From an uncultured Gemmatimonadales bacterium (GTDB lineage: Bacteria; Gemmatimonadota; Gemmatimonadetes; Gemmatimonadales; Gemmatimonadaceae): DNA of 64,000 nt. The stretch spans positions 99,753 through 163,752 of the forward strand of contig CAVPQB010000005.1 of assembly GCA_963707505.1 (NCBI GenBank), written 5' to 3'. Positions 30,216 to 40,215 of this stretch are shown in pieces (positions within the stretch are counted from its first letter, which is position 1; each line of letters begins with the position of its first letter). The position numbers and the translations under genes are program-made. Below the pieces are notes generated by a model. That model searched no databases and was not told where the DNA came from. It saw nothing but the letters and a program-made list of their open reading frames with translations.

Positions 30216-31794
30216 TTCCGACGGCCCTCGTCTCACGAATCAACACGACCTTGATCTGACCCGGATATTGTAACTCGCGCTCGATCCTCAGGGCGATTTC
30301 CTCCGACAGTGTCTCCATCCGAGGATCATCGATCACATCCGGCGTCACAATCACGCGAACCTCGCGGCCGGCCTGGATTGCAAAAACCTTCTCGACACCA
30401 CGATAGTCCGACGCTATGCGCTCGATGCCTTCGAGCCTCTTCACGTACGTTTCGAAAGATTCACGACGTGCCCCCGGACGCGCTCCACTTATCGCATCGG
30501 CGGCCTGGACGAGCACGGATATCTCGCTCTCGTGCGGAACGTCGTCATGGTGTGCGGCGATCGCGTTCACGACCAGCGGATGCTCGCCGTACTTGGTCGC
30601 CATCTCGACGCCCAGCTGCACGTGCGTGCCCTCATGCTCGTGCGTGAGGACCTTGCCCACGTCGTGCAACAACGCGCCGCGGCGCGCCATCGGCACATCC
30701 AGCCCCAGCTCCGCAGCCATGATTCCTGCCAACCACGCAACTTCCTTGGAATGGTTCAGGATGTTCTGGCCATAACTCGTGCGCCACTTCATCCGCCCGA
30801 TGAGCTTCAGCAGCTCCGGGTGCAACCCGTGGACGCCACTCTCGTACGCTGCACGCTCGCCGGTCTCGATCAACGCCTTGTCGACTTCCTCGCGCGCCTT
30901 CGTCACAACTTCCTCGATGCGCCCTGGATGGATCCGCCCGTCGGCCACCAGCTTCTCCAGCGCCATGCGCGCAATCTCGCGCCGCATCGGCTCAAAGCAG
31001 CTCACCACCACCGTATCGGGCGTATCGTCGATGATCACGTCCACGCCAGTCGCCAGCTCGAAGGCGCGAATGTTCCGCCCTTCGCGACCGATGATCCGTC
31101 CCTTCATTTCGTCGTTCGGAAGGGCGACAGTCGAAACTGTGGTCTCCACAGTCTGCTCGGCGGCTATGCGCTGAATCGCCAGTGCGATGATCTTTTTCGC
31201 CTCCCGCTCCGCGTTGCGACGGGATTCCTCACGAATGACGCGCACGCGATTGGCGGCGTCGGCGTGAGCCTCTTCTTCCAGTCGCTTTATCAGCTCGTTC
31301 TTCGCGTCCGCCGCAGACATGCCAGCGAGTGTCTCGAGCCGGTGGCGCTCGTCGGCGATGAGCCTGTCCAGCTCCGCCTGTCGTTCGCCGAGCTTGCTTT
31401 CGCGAGTTGTAACTTCCGACGCGGTGCGCTTGATGTCGCGCTCGCGTTGCTCCAGCGCGTCGGCCTTGCGCTCGATTGTTCCCGTGCGCTCCTGCAACCG
31501 TCGTTCGTCGCCTTCGACGTCCTCGCGACGCTTGCGCGCTTCGGCCTCCCACTCTTCGCGGAGTCGGATGAGCTCTTCCTTTCCTTCCAGTACGGCGGTC
31601 TTGCGAAGAGCCTGCGCGTCACGCTCAGCATCGCTGATGATGCGTTTCGCTGTTTGTTCGGCAGAGGCACCAGCCGCCTGCTGCCGCTCCGCCTCCACTC
31701 TGGTACCAGCTTTACGCCCTATGACGAAAAAAAGGCCGCAGCCGGCGACCAGCACAAGAATCGCGCCCGCGGCCAAAATAGCCGTGAAGTCCAT
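30205..31794 (-). CDS. rny: Ribonuclease Y
   Basis: N-terminal TM, coiled coil, KGRIIGREGRNIR (KH), LLHDVGK (HD), PGARRE. Confidence 0.98.
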   Translation of the reverse strand: MDFTAILAAGAILVLVAGCGLFFVIGRKAGTRVEAERQQAAGASAEQTAKRIISDAERDAQALRKTAVLEGKEELIRLREEWEAEARKRREDVEGDERRLQERTGTIERKADALEQRERDIKRTASEVTTRESKLGERQAELDRLIADERHRLETLAGMSAADAKNELIKRLEEEAHADAANRVRVIREESRRNAEREAKKIIALAIQRIAAEQTVETTVSTVALPNDEMKGRIIGREGRNIRAFELATGVDVIIDDTPDTVVVSCFEPMRREIARMALEKLVADGRIHPGRIEEVVTKAREEVDKALIETGERAAYESGVHGLHPELLKLIGRMKWRTSYGQNILNHSKEVAWLAGIMAAELGLDVPMARRGALLHDVGKVLTHEHEGTHVQLGVEMATKYGEHPLVVNAIAAHHDDVPHESEISVLVQAADAISGARPGARRESFETYVKRLEGIERIASDYRGVEKVFAIQAGREVRVIVTPDVIDDPRMETLSEEIALRIERELQYPGQIKVVLIRETRAVGIAR

Positions 31795-31803
31795 CCTTAG
31801 AAG

Positions 31804-32103
31804 CTAATCGTAACGCTTGGCCGGTGGCAGCCACGGCCGGATCTCCTGACTGAGGGCGGTCATCTGCGCCGCGAGATCGGCGGCCTCGGCCTGGACCTGG
31901 GCAAGCTCGCCGGCCATGCGGAGGCAGGCCAGAATTGCGGCCTTGTGCGTCTCCACGACCAGACCTGACTGCATTATCTCGCGGATCGACTGATCCACCT
32001 GTTTTGCGATCGTCTGTGTCTCTTCGGCGGACGTCGCCGAACGCAGAGTGTAGTCGTCGCCGAGTATGGTGACGCGGACGGTCGTCGTTTTTGCTTTGGT
32101 CAT
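31804..32103 (-). CDS. zapA: Cell division protein ZapA
   Basis: VRVTILGDDYTLR, VDQSIREI, AILACLRMA; pheT-X-zapA-rny order. Confidence 0.9.
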   Translation of the reverse strand: MTKAKTTTVRVTILGDDYTLRSATSAEETQTIAKQVDQSIREIMQSGLVVETHKAAILACLRMAGELAQVQAEAADLAAQMTALSQEIRPWLPPAKRYD

Positions 32104-32393
32104 GCTGTGCCGTCCCGCTGTTGTTTGAGGAAGCGGACACGCGCGAGCATCTTTTCCGTCCGTGTCCGGGCGACTTTGAGCCTTCGATTGAGCTCGGCGT
32201 TCTCGCGCTCGAGCTCCAACACGCGCTGGGGGGACGTTCCCGCGACGCGAGCGGCCTCGTCCTCGACAGTACGGAGCCGAGCCTCGGCGCTCAATGCGCG
32301 CTTGCGATAGCTCGCCAGCTCCTCGCCCAGGCGGCGCACGAGGCGGCCCAGCTGGGCGAACTGCGGATTCTCAGGTAGTACGTGGTCTGACAC
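32100..32393 (-). CDS. Coiled-coil protein, ZapB-like
   Basis: Heptad pattern (LELERENAELNRRL); positioned before zapA. Confidence 0.65.
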   Translation of the reverse strand: MSDHVLPENPQFAQLGRLVRRLGEELASYRKRALSAEARLRTVEDEAARVAGTSPQRVLELERENAELNRRLKVARTRTEKMLARVRFLKQQRDGTA

Positions 32394-34753
32394 CGAGCTC
32401 CTCGTTGAGGGCGCGCAGGATCCGCGCGCGGCGGCCTTCGATTTCCTTGTCGCGTAGGGTGCGCTCTGGATGCCTGAACGTCAAGCGCCAGGCTATACTG
32501 CGGTATCCGTCGCCCACCCCGGCACCTCGAAATTCGTCGAACGGAACGAGCGATTCCAGCATCTCGCCGGAGTTCGTTTTGATGACGCGAGCGACGTCCG
32601 CGGCGACGACTTCGGCCGGTACCAGGAGTGCCAGGTCGAATTCGGCGGCGGGAGTGACCGGAAGCGGCCGATAAACAACCGCCTCTCGCACGATACCGAA
32701 CGCCGCCGTAATGTCGATCTCGATTCCGAAGACCGGCGGCGCCCAAACCGGCGCGTCAACCGTGATCGGTCCGACGCTTCCGATCGTCGAGCCATCGTGA
32801 ACGACATCCCAGCCATCGCGCGCCGCATTCGGCTGCAGCTCCGAACCCGACGGCCCGAAGGCTGCGCGAGCGATTGTCTCCGCGATCCACTTTGCGTCCC
32901 AGATGTCCATCTGAGCCGGCCTCGGATCGGTGAAATGCGCTGGATTGCGATCGCCCGACATAACAGCCGCGGCGACGGTGCGCTCGGCCGGAATCCGGTT
33001 ATCCGGACCCCGAGAGAACACGACACCGACCTCGAACAATCGAACGTTCCGCGTCATGTGCGCGAAGTTGTGCTCGACGCGACGCGCGAGTGTCTGGAGC
33101 GCGCTGGATCGGAGCAACGCCTCGCTCTCCGCCAGCGGATTGAGCACGCGCACACCATGCTCGCCCGCATCCGCGACGAATGGAATCGGGCGTACCTCCA
33201 TCATGCCGGCTTCCACGAGCGCGCGCGTCACGCGACGCGTGACGACGTATGCCGGCGACTCCGGCGCAGTACCGACTCTGAACGGACGCAGCTCGTCGGA
33301 GAAGGAATCGTAGCCACGCAAACGCGCGACTTCCTCGATCAGGTCCACTTCGAGCGTGACGTCGGAGCGCCAGCGCGGCGGCGTGACACGCAGCACCTCG
33401 TTCTCGCCAGAGTTGACGCCGAAGCCGACGCTCCCGAGCAGGCGCATGCACTCCGGGGCGGCGATATGCTCTCCAAGGATCTTCGCGACCCGCGATACGC
33501 GAAGTGACAACTGATGCGGCGACGGTCCCGGAGAACCGAGCGCGATCGGCGCGCCGTCCACGCGTCCGCCCGCAAGCGATATGATGAGTGCCGTGGCGTA
33601 GCGCGCAAGCTCGGCAGACGCGTGCGCATCGAGCGACCGCTCGAAGCGATAGCTCGCGTCAGTGGATGTACCAAGCGCACGACGCGTCGAGCGCACCGAG
33701 CGCGGATCGAATACTGCGACCTCGAGCAGGATGTTACTCGTGCCATCGGACACAGCGCTGTCGTTGCCACCGATCACACCTGCAATCGCCTGCGCATGCT
33801 CGGCGTCAGCGATCACCGTCATGGTCGGATCGAGCTTGCGCTCGACTCCGTCCAGCGTCGTAATGCGCTCGCCGCTCTGAGCCTTGCGCACGTGAATTTC
33901 CGGACCCTGCAGGCGATCGAGGTCGAACGCGTGCATCGGCTGACCGAAGCCATGAAGCATGTAATTGGTCGCGTCGACTACATTGTTGATCGGTCGCAGG
34001 CCAACGCTGATCAGACGATTCGCAAGCCATTCAGGACTCGGCGCGATCCTGACGCCGCGAATCACTGTCGCAGTGTATAACGGACACGCTGCCGGCTCAT
34101 CGACAAGGACACGAACACCGCCGGTGACTCCGTCGCCGCTACCGTGCTCGAATGCGGGTGCAGGCGACATGCCGGGATGTTCCGGCATGTGCAGGTCGTT
34201 GCCGGTGTACGCCGAGATCTCACGCGCCAGGCCCTCGTGCGACAGCAGATCGGGACGATTGGGAAGCACGTCCACGACAAAGCGCGTATCGCCGGCTGGA
34301 AAGGCGTCCAGAAACGGCGTGCCCGGCGCTGCATCGGTGTGCGAGCGTCAGGATGCCGTCGTGCTCGGCGCCCAGCGCGAGCTCACGTGCGGAGCACAGC
34401 ATTCCGTTTGAAGTCTCGCCACGTATCTTGCGGCGCTCGAGCTTGAGACCACCGGGTAGCGTCGAGCCCGATGGCGCGAAGGGATATCTGGAGCCCGCCT
34501 GAACGTTGGGCGCACCGCACACGACGTCGAGCAGCTCGCCCGTTCCGGCGTCCACCTTCGTAACCCAGAGATGATCCGAATTGGGATGCGGCTTCGCCTC
34601 GACTACGAGGCCGACGACAACGTCGCGCAGATCCGCGCGCAGCGAAATCACATCCTCTACTGTGGCTGCACGATTCGTTATCACGTCGCGCAGCTGTTCC
34701 GGTGTGAGATCGAAATCGGTGAACTCGCGCAGCCATTCATACGACGCGTTCAT
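32371..34753 (-). CDS. pheT: Phenylalanine--tRNA ligase beta subunit (frameshift near 34330)
   Basis: SYEWLREF, VVCGAPNV, PNRPDLLS, GQPMHAFD, SYRFER, DLIEEVAR, ERTL. Confidence 0.97.
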
Positions 34754-35790
34754 TGCGCGACCTGCCCGAGGAAGCGCACGTCGGAATCATACAGAACGCG
34801 AATGTCCGGAATGCCGTAGCGTTGAAGGGCGATGCGGGCGGGCCCCATGCCGAACGCCCAACCGGTGTACTTCTCGCTGTCGACGCCGGCGGCGTCCAAC
34901 ACGTTTGGATGCACCATTCCGGAGCCCAGAATTTCCATCCAGCCAGTTCCCTTGCACGCGGCACAGCCGGAGCCCTTGCAGAGCTGGCATTCGACGTCCA
35001 TTTCCGCGGACGGCTCGGTGAACGGGAAATAGCTTGGCCTGAAGCGCGTACGAGTCGCGCCGAAGAATCGCGTCGCGAAATGCGTGAGCGTCGCCTTGAG
35101 ATCGACGAAGCTGATTCCTTCATCGACCGCGAGTCCTTCGATCTGTGCGAACATCGGAGCGTGACTGGCGTCGAATGGATCGAGGCGATAGACGTTGCCG
35201 GGGATCACGACACGAATTGGCGGAGGGCCGGCCTGCAGTGACCGTATCTGCACGGGTGACGTATGCGTGCGCAGCACCACGTCGTCGGCGAGATACATGG
35301 TGTCGTGCATGTCCATCGCCGGGTGATCCGGCGGGAAGTTGAGCGCGGTGAAGTTGTACCATTCAGTTTCTGCTTCCGGCCCCGTCGCGACTGTGAATCC
35401 GATCTCGCGGAATATCTCGACGATTTCTTCGATGACTACCGTGACCGGATGTTCGGCGCCGCGGAACTGGCGGCGTGACGGCATGGTGAGATCTGTCTGT
35501 GGCGCGTTGGCACGGGCGCCGGATTCGAGCTCGGAGCGGCGCGCTTCGAGCTTGTCCTCGAGCCCTTTCTTCAGCTCGTTGAAGGCGCGACCGGCGACAC
35601 CGCGGTCGGCACCCTCGAACGTGGGAACGAGACGTTGCAGCTCGAGCAGGCGTCCGCTGGATCGGCCGATGAATTCCGCGCGCGCCTTTTCCAGTGAATC
35701 GGCCGAGTCGGCCGCGGCGAAAGCAGCTGATGCAGCGCGTTCGAGGTCGGCAGCCGATGACTGGAAGTCGTTAAGCGTCGTTGCTGGCAC
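34750..35790 (-). CDS. pheS: Phenylalanine--tRNA ligase alpha subunit
   Basis: HPAMDMHDT, LRTHTSPVQ, RPSYFPFTEPS, GWAFGMG. Confidence 0.98.
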   Translation of the reverse strand: MPATTLNDFQSSAADLERAASAAFAAADSADSLEKARAEFIGRSSGRLLELQRLVPTFEGADRGVAGRAFNELKKGLEDKLEARRSELESGARANAPQTDLTMPSRRQFRGAEHPVTVVIEEIVEIFREIGFTVATGPEAETEWYNFTALNFPPDHPAMDMHDTMYLADDVVLRTHTSPVQIRSLQAGPPPIRVVIPGNVYRLDPFDASHAPMFAQIEGLAVDEGISFVDLKATLTHFATRFFGATRTRFRPSYFPFTEPSAEMDVECQLCKGSGCAACKGTGWMEILGSGMVHPNVLDAAGVDSEKYTGWAFGMGPARIALQRYGIPDIRVLYDSDVRFLGQVAQ

Positions 35791-35810
35791 TTTTGCGATT
35801 GATGGTCTTA

Positions 35811-35851
35811 CAAATGAAAGGGGCGGACTCGTAAAGTATCGAGGCCGCCCC
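35811..35851 (-). terminator. Intrinsic terminator after rplT
   Basis: GGGGCGG-CTCG/CGAG-CCGCCCC stem followed on minus strand by TTTCATTTG. Confidence 0.65.
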
Positions 35852-35896
35852 GTCAGCGCATCATCCGGCGCGATGCCGGTGAATCGTTGACGCTCC

Positions 35897-36262
35897 TTAC
35901 GCGGCGGCGCTCAGCGCCTTGCGGGCCTGCTCGGCGAGGACGCCAAAGGCGGCTGCGTCGCGCACGGCGATATCGGCGAGGACCTTGCGGTCGATCTCGA
36001 TGCCGGCCTTGCCGAGTCCGTTGATGAAGGTGCTGTAGCTCATGTCGTGGATGTGGGCCGCGGCATTGATGCGGACGATCCAGAGCTTGCGGAACTCACG
36101 CTTTTTGTTCTTGCGATCGCGGTAGGCGTACTTCCAGCCGCGCTCGACGTTTTCCTTGGCGGATTTCCAGAGTTTGCTACGCGCGCCGAACGCACCGCGC
36201 GCGGCCTTCATTACCTGCTTTTTGCGCTTTAGACGCGCGACGTTGGATCGTACCCGGGGCAT
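35897..36262 (-). CDS. rplT: 50S ribosomal protein L20
   Basis: [36 protein letters not shown]. Confidence 0.99.
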   Translation of the reverse strand: MPRVRSNVARLKRKKQVMKAARGAFGARSKLWKSAKENVERGWKYAYRDRKNKKREFRKLWIVRINAAAHIHDMSYSTFINGLGKAGIEIDRKVLADIAVRDAAAFGVLAEQARKALSAAA

Positions 36263-36366
36263 GGGCTACTCCTCTATTATATGCGACACTTGGTCGCGGA
36301 ATGGACGGTTCGATTGCATTTGACGGGGCCAGGCGCGGATGATCCGCGCCCTACGTACGCGACCAA

Positions 36367-36564
36367 CTAGGCGACCAGCAACCTCTTCATCCGCTTCTCG
36401 TCGCCGGACGTGGCGATGGTGCCCGGGCGGCGCAGGTTGCGCTTCCGCTTGGCGGATTTCTTGGTGAGGATGTGGCTCTTGTTGGCCTTGTTGCGCCGAA
36501 CCTTGCCGCTACCTGTAATAGAGAAGCGCTTTTTTGCGCCCTTGTGTGTCTTCATCTTCGGCAT
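36367..36564 (-). CDS. rpmI: 50S ribosomal protein L35
   Basis: [20 protein letters not shown]. Confidence 0.99.
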   Translation of the reverse strand: MPKMKTHKGAKKRFSITGSGKVRRNKANKSHILTKKSAKRKRNLRRPGTIATSGDEKRMKRLLVA

Positions 36565-36573
36565 GCTAATCCC

Positions 36574-37089
36574 TCACTTGGGTGCCAGAATCATCGTCAT
36601 GGATTTTCCCTCGAACTTCGGATCTGCCTCGATCTTGCTCACGTCGACCAGCTCCTGGGCGACGCGAATCACGACCTTCCTTCCCAGCTCGGGGTGCGCG
36701 ATCTGGCGCCCGCGAAACATCAAGGTGACCTTCACCTTGTTCCCTTCACCCAAAAATTCGCGCGCGTGCCGGACCTTGGTCTGGAAGTCATGCTCCTCGA
36801 TGCCCGGCCGGAATTTGACTTCCTTGAGCTCGATCACATGCTGCTTTTTCTTGGCCTGACGAGCCATCTTGGCCTGCTCGAACTTGTACTTCCCGAAGTC
36901 CATGATTCGGACGACCGGAGGACGAGCAAGTGGTGCGACTTCGACGAGATCGAGACCGAGCTCCTGAGCTCTGCTCAATGCCGTATCAACATCCATGATT
37001 CCAAGCTGGGCGCCGTCGTCGCCTATGACACGAAGAGGCGAGAAACGGATCTGACGATTGACGCGCGGACCTTTGACGTCTGGGGGGAT
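36574..37089 (-). CDS. infC: Translation initiation factor IF-3 (probable non-canonical ATC start)
   Basis: RVNRQIR, LDLVEVAP, IMDFGKYKFE, KEVKFRP, MFRGR; GAGG 8 nt before ATC at 37089. Confidence 0.97.
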   Translation of the reverse strand: MPPDVKGPRVNRQIRFSPLRVIGDDGAQLGIMDVDTALSRAQELGLDLVEVAPLARPPVVRIMDFGKYKFEQAKMARQAKKKQHVIELKEVKFRPGIEEHDFQTKVRHAREFLGEGNKVKVTLMFRGRQIAHPELGRKVVIRVAQELVDVSKIEADPKFEGKSMTMILAPK

Positions 37090-37110
37090 GAGCAAAACCT
37101 CGATAAGAGA

Positions 37111-37250
37111 GAAAACAAAAAACGCGGGCCTCCCACGTAGGAGTCCGCGCCAAACCCACCGTGGCGGTCACGGTGTGAATGATTCAGGACGCCTACAGCA
37201 CCTCGGCAACGCCGGGGCCGGAGGGTGGGTCGCCGCTAGGCAACCACTTT
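37111..37250 (-). ncRNA. L20-leader-like attenuator upstream of infC-rpmI-rplT
   Basis: ACCCACC/GGTGGGT helix (37154-60 with 37224-30) then CGCGGACTCC/GGAGGCCCGCG hairpin and T-run; position matches L20 leaders. Confidence 0.7.
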
Positions 37251-37279
37251 CCGCATTGAACTAAGCCTGGAAAGTTACC

Positions 37280-38164
37280 CTAGGCAGAAGCCGGACGCAA
37301 GCTGTAGGCCTTTCCGTCAAATTGCACCTGACCCCATGGCACCAGCGCGTCGTGCTCGAAGATCACGGTCCAGTTGTCCTGCTCCACGCGCCTGAGCAGT
37401 CCCCGCTTGGACTCCAGAGTCACCAGCGGCTCGACGTCGTAACCCATGATCCACGGGAGCGGGAGATGGGCATGAGTCGGGACCAGATCACCCAGAAAGA
37501 TCGCGGTCTCGCCCGCCGAACGAATGACTATGCTCTGGTGGTAGGGCGTGTGGCCGGGTGTCACGATCACACCAATCCCATCGACGATTTCGGATTCGCC
37601 TTCCAGCAGCTCGAGCTGTCCCGATTCGAGAGTCGGGACGTAGTTGCGATCGAAGTAGCTCGCCGCCGTGCGCTCGTTCGTATGAGTGGCGAATTCGTAC
37701 TCGCCGCGCTGCACGAAGTACCGCGCGCGCGGAAAGGTGGGATGCACAACACCGGCCTCGTCGACGAACGTATTGCCGCCGGCGTGGTCGAAGTGCAGGT
37801 GCGTGCTGATGAGAAACGCAATCTGTTCGGGGCTCACACCGACTTGTGCGAGACCATCTTCGAGCGCCGTGCGTCCATTGGCGCCGGCGTTCTCGACGCC
37901 ATAGATCTCGTGGAACTTCGCGTTCTCCTTGTTACCTGCGCCGCTGTCGACGAGAATGAGACCGCTCGGATGCTCGATTAGCAGACAGCGCATTCCGAGC
38001 TGGATGCGGTTGCGCTCGTCGGCCGGGATGCGACGCTCCCACAGGGGCTTGGGCACGACGCCGAACATCGCGCCGCCATCGAGTCGCTGGCCACCAGCCT
38101 GGATCGCGTGAACGTCCAGGTTGCCGATGCGACGCGATTGTACGAGTGGAGTGGGTGCTGGCAT
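37280..38164 (-). CDS. MBL-fold metallo-hydrolase (YtnP-like)
   Basis: LDGGAMFGVVPK, THLHFDHAGG, TPGHT, WIMGYD, FEHD. Confidence 0.9.
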   Translation of the reverse strand: MPAPTPLVQSRRIGNLDVHAIQAGGQRLDGGAMFGVVPKPLWERRIPADERNRIQLGMRCLLIEHPSGLILVDSGAGNKENAKFHEIYGVENAGANGRTALEDGLAQVGVSPEQIAFLISTHLHFDHAGGNTFVDEAGVVHPTFPRARYFVQRGEYEFATHTNERTAASYFDRNYVPTLESGQLELLEGESEIVDGIGVIVTPGHTPYHQSIVIRSAGETAIFLGDLVPTHAHLPLPWIMGYDVEPLVTLESKRGLLRRVEQDNWTVIFEHDALVPWGQVQFDGKAYSLRPASA

Positions 38165-38196
38165 GATGTGGTACCTGTATTGCCTGCGAGTATTAG

Positions 38197-38898
38197 CTAC
38201 GCGGTGCGGTCGTCGAGAGTGCCGGTCGGCATCGGCGACGGACGCCGGCTCTTGCGGCTGCGCGATCCGCGACTCGTGGCGCGCTGGATGTCGTCCCAGG
38301 TGGTGAAGCCGCGATCCGCGGCGTCGTCGATCATACGGAGCAAACAGTGCGCCGTAATGATCGCGTCACCCGCTGCACTGTGTCTCGTGCCCCGGTTGAG
38401 CGGATAGCGCGACGGAACATCGAGAACGCCGTAGTGATGCGCGACGTAGTCGAGCGATTTGCGCGGCAATTGCGGCAGCAACGCACGCGCGAGTCGCACC
38501 GTGCAGAGACGCAATGCCGTCGGCGTCTTGCCGACCGCGCGTTCCAGCTCTGCGCTCACGAATCCCCAGTCGAACTGTGCGTTGTGCGCGACGAAGATGT
38601 TGCCGGCCAGCGCCATCACAAGCTCCGGTACGATCTCCTCGAAGCGTGGCGCTGTCGCGACCATCCCCTCGCTGATGCCTGTGAGATGCGTAATGAAGGG
38701 CGGGATGAAGCGACCGGGATTCACCAGTCGTTCGAATATCTCGGTAATGCGACCCTCGGATACGACGACGACAGCGATTTCCGTAATGCGATGGCCGTAT
38801 GCAGGGCTGCCACCCGTCGTCTCGACGTCCACGACGGCGTATGACAGCCGGCTCAGGTCCATCGTGCTCCCGACTGCGCGGGTCACCGTATCGCTCAC
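38197..38898 (-). CDS. DEDDh 3'-5' exonuclease (DnaQ/PolC-like)
   Basis: VVDVETTG, VAHNAQFD, HSAAGDA; GTG start overlaps arcA stop. Confidence 0.9.
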   Translation of the reverse strand: MSDTVTRAVGSTMDLSRLSYAVVDVETTGGSPAYGHRITEIAVVVVSEGRITEIFERLVNPGRFIPPFITHLTGISEGMVATAPRFEEIVPELVMALAGNIFVAHNAQFDWGFVSAELERAVGKTPTALRLCTVRLARALLPQLPRKSLDYVAHHYGVLDVPSRYPLNRGTRHSAAGDAIITAHCLLRMIDDAADRGFTTWDDIQRATSRGSRSRKSRRPSPMPTGTLDDRTA

Positions 38899-40127
38899 CA
38901 GACGTCTTCCCGCTCTATCGGGCACGACATGCAGCGCGGTCCGCCACCCCCGCGCACGAGCTCGCTGCCGTCGATGGTGATGACCGCACGCTCGTCATCC
39001 TCGATCCTCTCCTGACCTTCGAGAAACGACGTGGACCCTACTATGCGATATCCAGCAGATTCCATCTCGCGCAGCGTTTCGTGATTGCGCGCGTAGCTCA
39101 CCGCCAGCCCCGGACGAATCGCGAAGAAGTTGCAACCCGACGCCCACTGCTCGCGTTCCTGCATTATACGCTTCTTGCCGCCGCAGACGATTGGTTCTAT
39201 ACGCATGCCGCATTGTTCCAGCGCGACAAAGACGTTCGGCATCTCGCGCATCGTCGCATCGCCCTTGCTCCAGTGCAGGATCGACAGACGCTCGGCGCCA
39301 ATGAAGTGCGGCGCGTGAATGACACACTGCTCGCGATCGATCTGCGTGAAAACCATGTCGAGATGGATCGCGGTGTTTTCCTTGGGCATCACGACGACGA
39401 TGATGTTGGTAAACGCGGTATTGCCGAACACGAGTGACACCAGCTCGTCGATCGCCGCGGGGCTGGATCGCTCGCTGAATCCGATCATCAGCAGATCCGG
39501 CCGCAACGGGTGCACGTCGCCGCCTTCGAGTGTGTAATTCACGCGCCGCTCGACGGACCCGTCGTACAGGATTCCGGCATTTGCGAGCACCGGATGGTGT
39601 GCGAAGAGCGTCTTCATGATCAGCTCTTCGGTCCAGCGGGTACCGTACCGCATGGAGCCGATCATGACGTGCTTGCCGAGTCCCATCGCGGTGTCGCGTG
39701 TGAAGAAGAGATTGGGGACTGGCGGGAGAGCGTAACCGGTTTCGTTGAGCGTACGCGCGAGTGGTCCCGGAGTTTCCTCGCGGCCTTCGATCAGGACGCG
39801 CACGACGTCCTCCGGCGGAAGGTCGTTGAGGTCCTTGGCGATGGGCGCCGACTGCAGGATGTCCATCGCCTCGCGGATAATCAGATGCCGAGCCTCGATA
39901 GTCGCTACGGTCTCCGCGAGCAGATCGCGCACGTAGTGTACGGTGGCGAACCGCTCCAGCACGGCGACGAGGCGACGGTGCTCCGTCTGCGCCGTCTCCA
40001 CGTGGATGATGTCGTCGTACAGGTAGTCCTCGCGCGTGTCGGGAGTGACGGCGAGGAGTTCCGGGCCGGGCTCATGCACCAGGACGGAGCGAAGGGGTCC
40101 GATCTCGGAATTGATGTTGACTGGCAT
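38895..40127 (-). CDS. arcA: Arginine deiminase
   Basis: NSEIGPLRSVLVHEPG, PNLFFTRD, LEGGD, HLD, ELVRGGGGPRCMSCP. Confidence 0.92.
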   Translation of the reverse strand: MPVNINSEIGPLRSVLVHEPGPELLAVTPDTREDYLYDDIIHVETAQTEHRRLVAVLERFATVHYVRDLLAETVATIEARHLIIREAMDILQSAPIAKDLNDLPPEDVVRVLIEGREETPGPLARTLNETGYALPPVPNLFFTRDTAMGLGKHVMIGSMRYGTRWTEELIMKTLFAHHPVLANAGILYDGSVERRVNYTLEGGDVHPLRPDLLMIGFSERSSPAAIDELVSLVFGNTAFTNIIVVVMPKENTAIHLDMVFTQIDREQCVIHAPHFIGAERLSILHWSKGDATMREMPNVFVALEQCGMRIEPIVCGGKKRIMQEREQWASGCNFFAIRPGLAVSYARNHETLREMESAGYRIVGSTSFLEGQERIEDDERAVITIDGSELVRGGGGPRCMSCPIEREDVW

Positions 40128-40184
40128 CTTTTCGTAAGATAGCGGCGCGGTCAACTTGCGGGCTTTAGTGCTTTTATCATACCT

Positions 40185-40202
40185 TTGTGAAGAATTTCAC
40201 AA
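40185..40202. promoter_or_regulatory. Rex operator (ROP box)
   Basis: Perfect TTGTGAA-GAAT-TTCACAA between divergent arcA and rex. Confidence 0.9.
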
Positions 40203-40215
40203 GCCAATCTCGTAC

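Noticed and set aside
30532..31800. Long antisense ORFs (e.g. 422 aa opposite rny, 401 aa opposite dnaG, 443 aa opposite mutS2)
   Set aside because: Shadow ORFs expected from high-GC codon bias; no motifs of their own
31795..31803. 6S RNA (ssrS), often found downstream of zapA
   Set aside because: Only 9 bp separate zapA and rny
34220..34753. Programmed frameshifts or split genes in pheT, lysC, mutS2, pta, prmA
   Set aside because: Isolated single-base indels with no slippery site seen, in a contig with evident long-read errors
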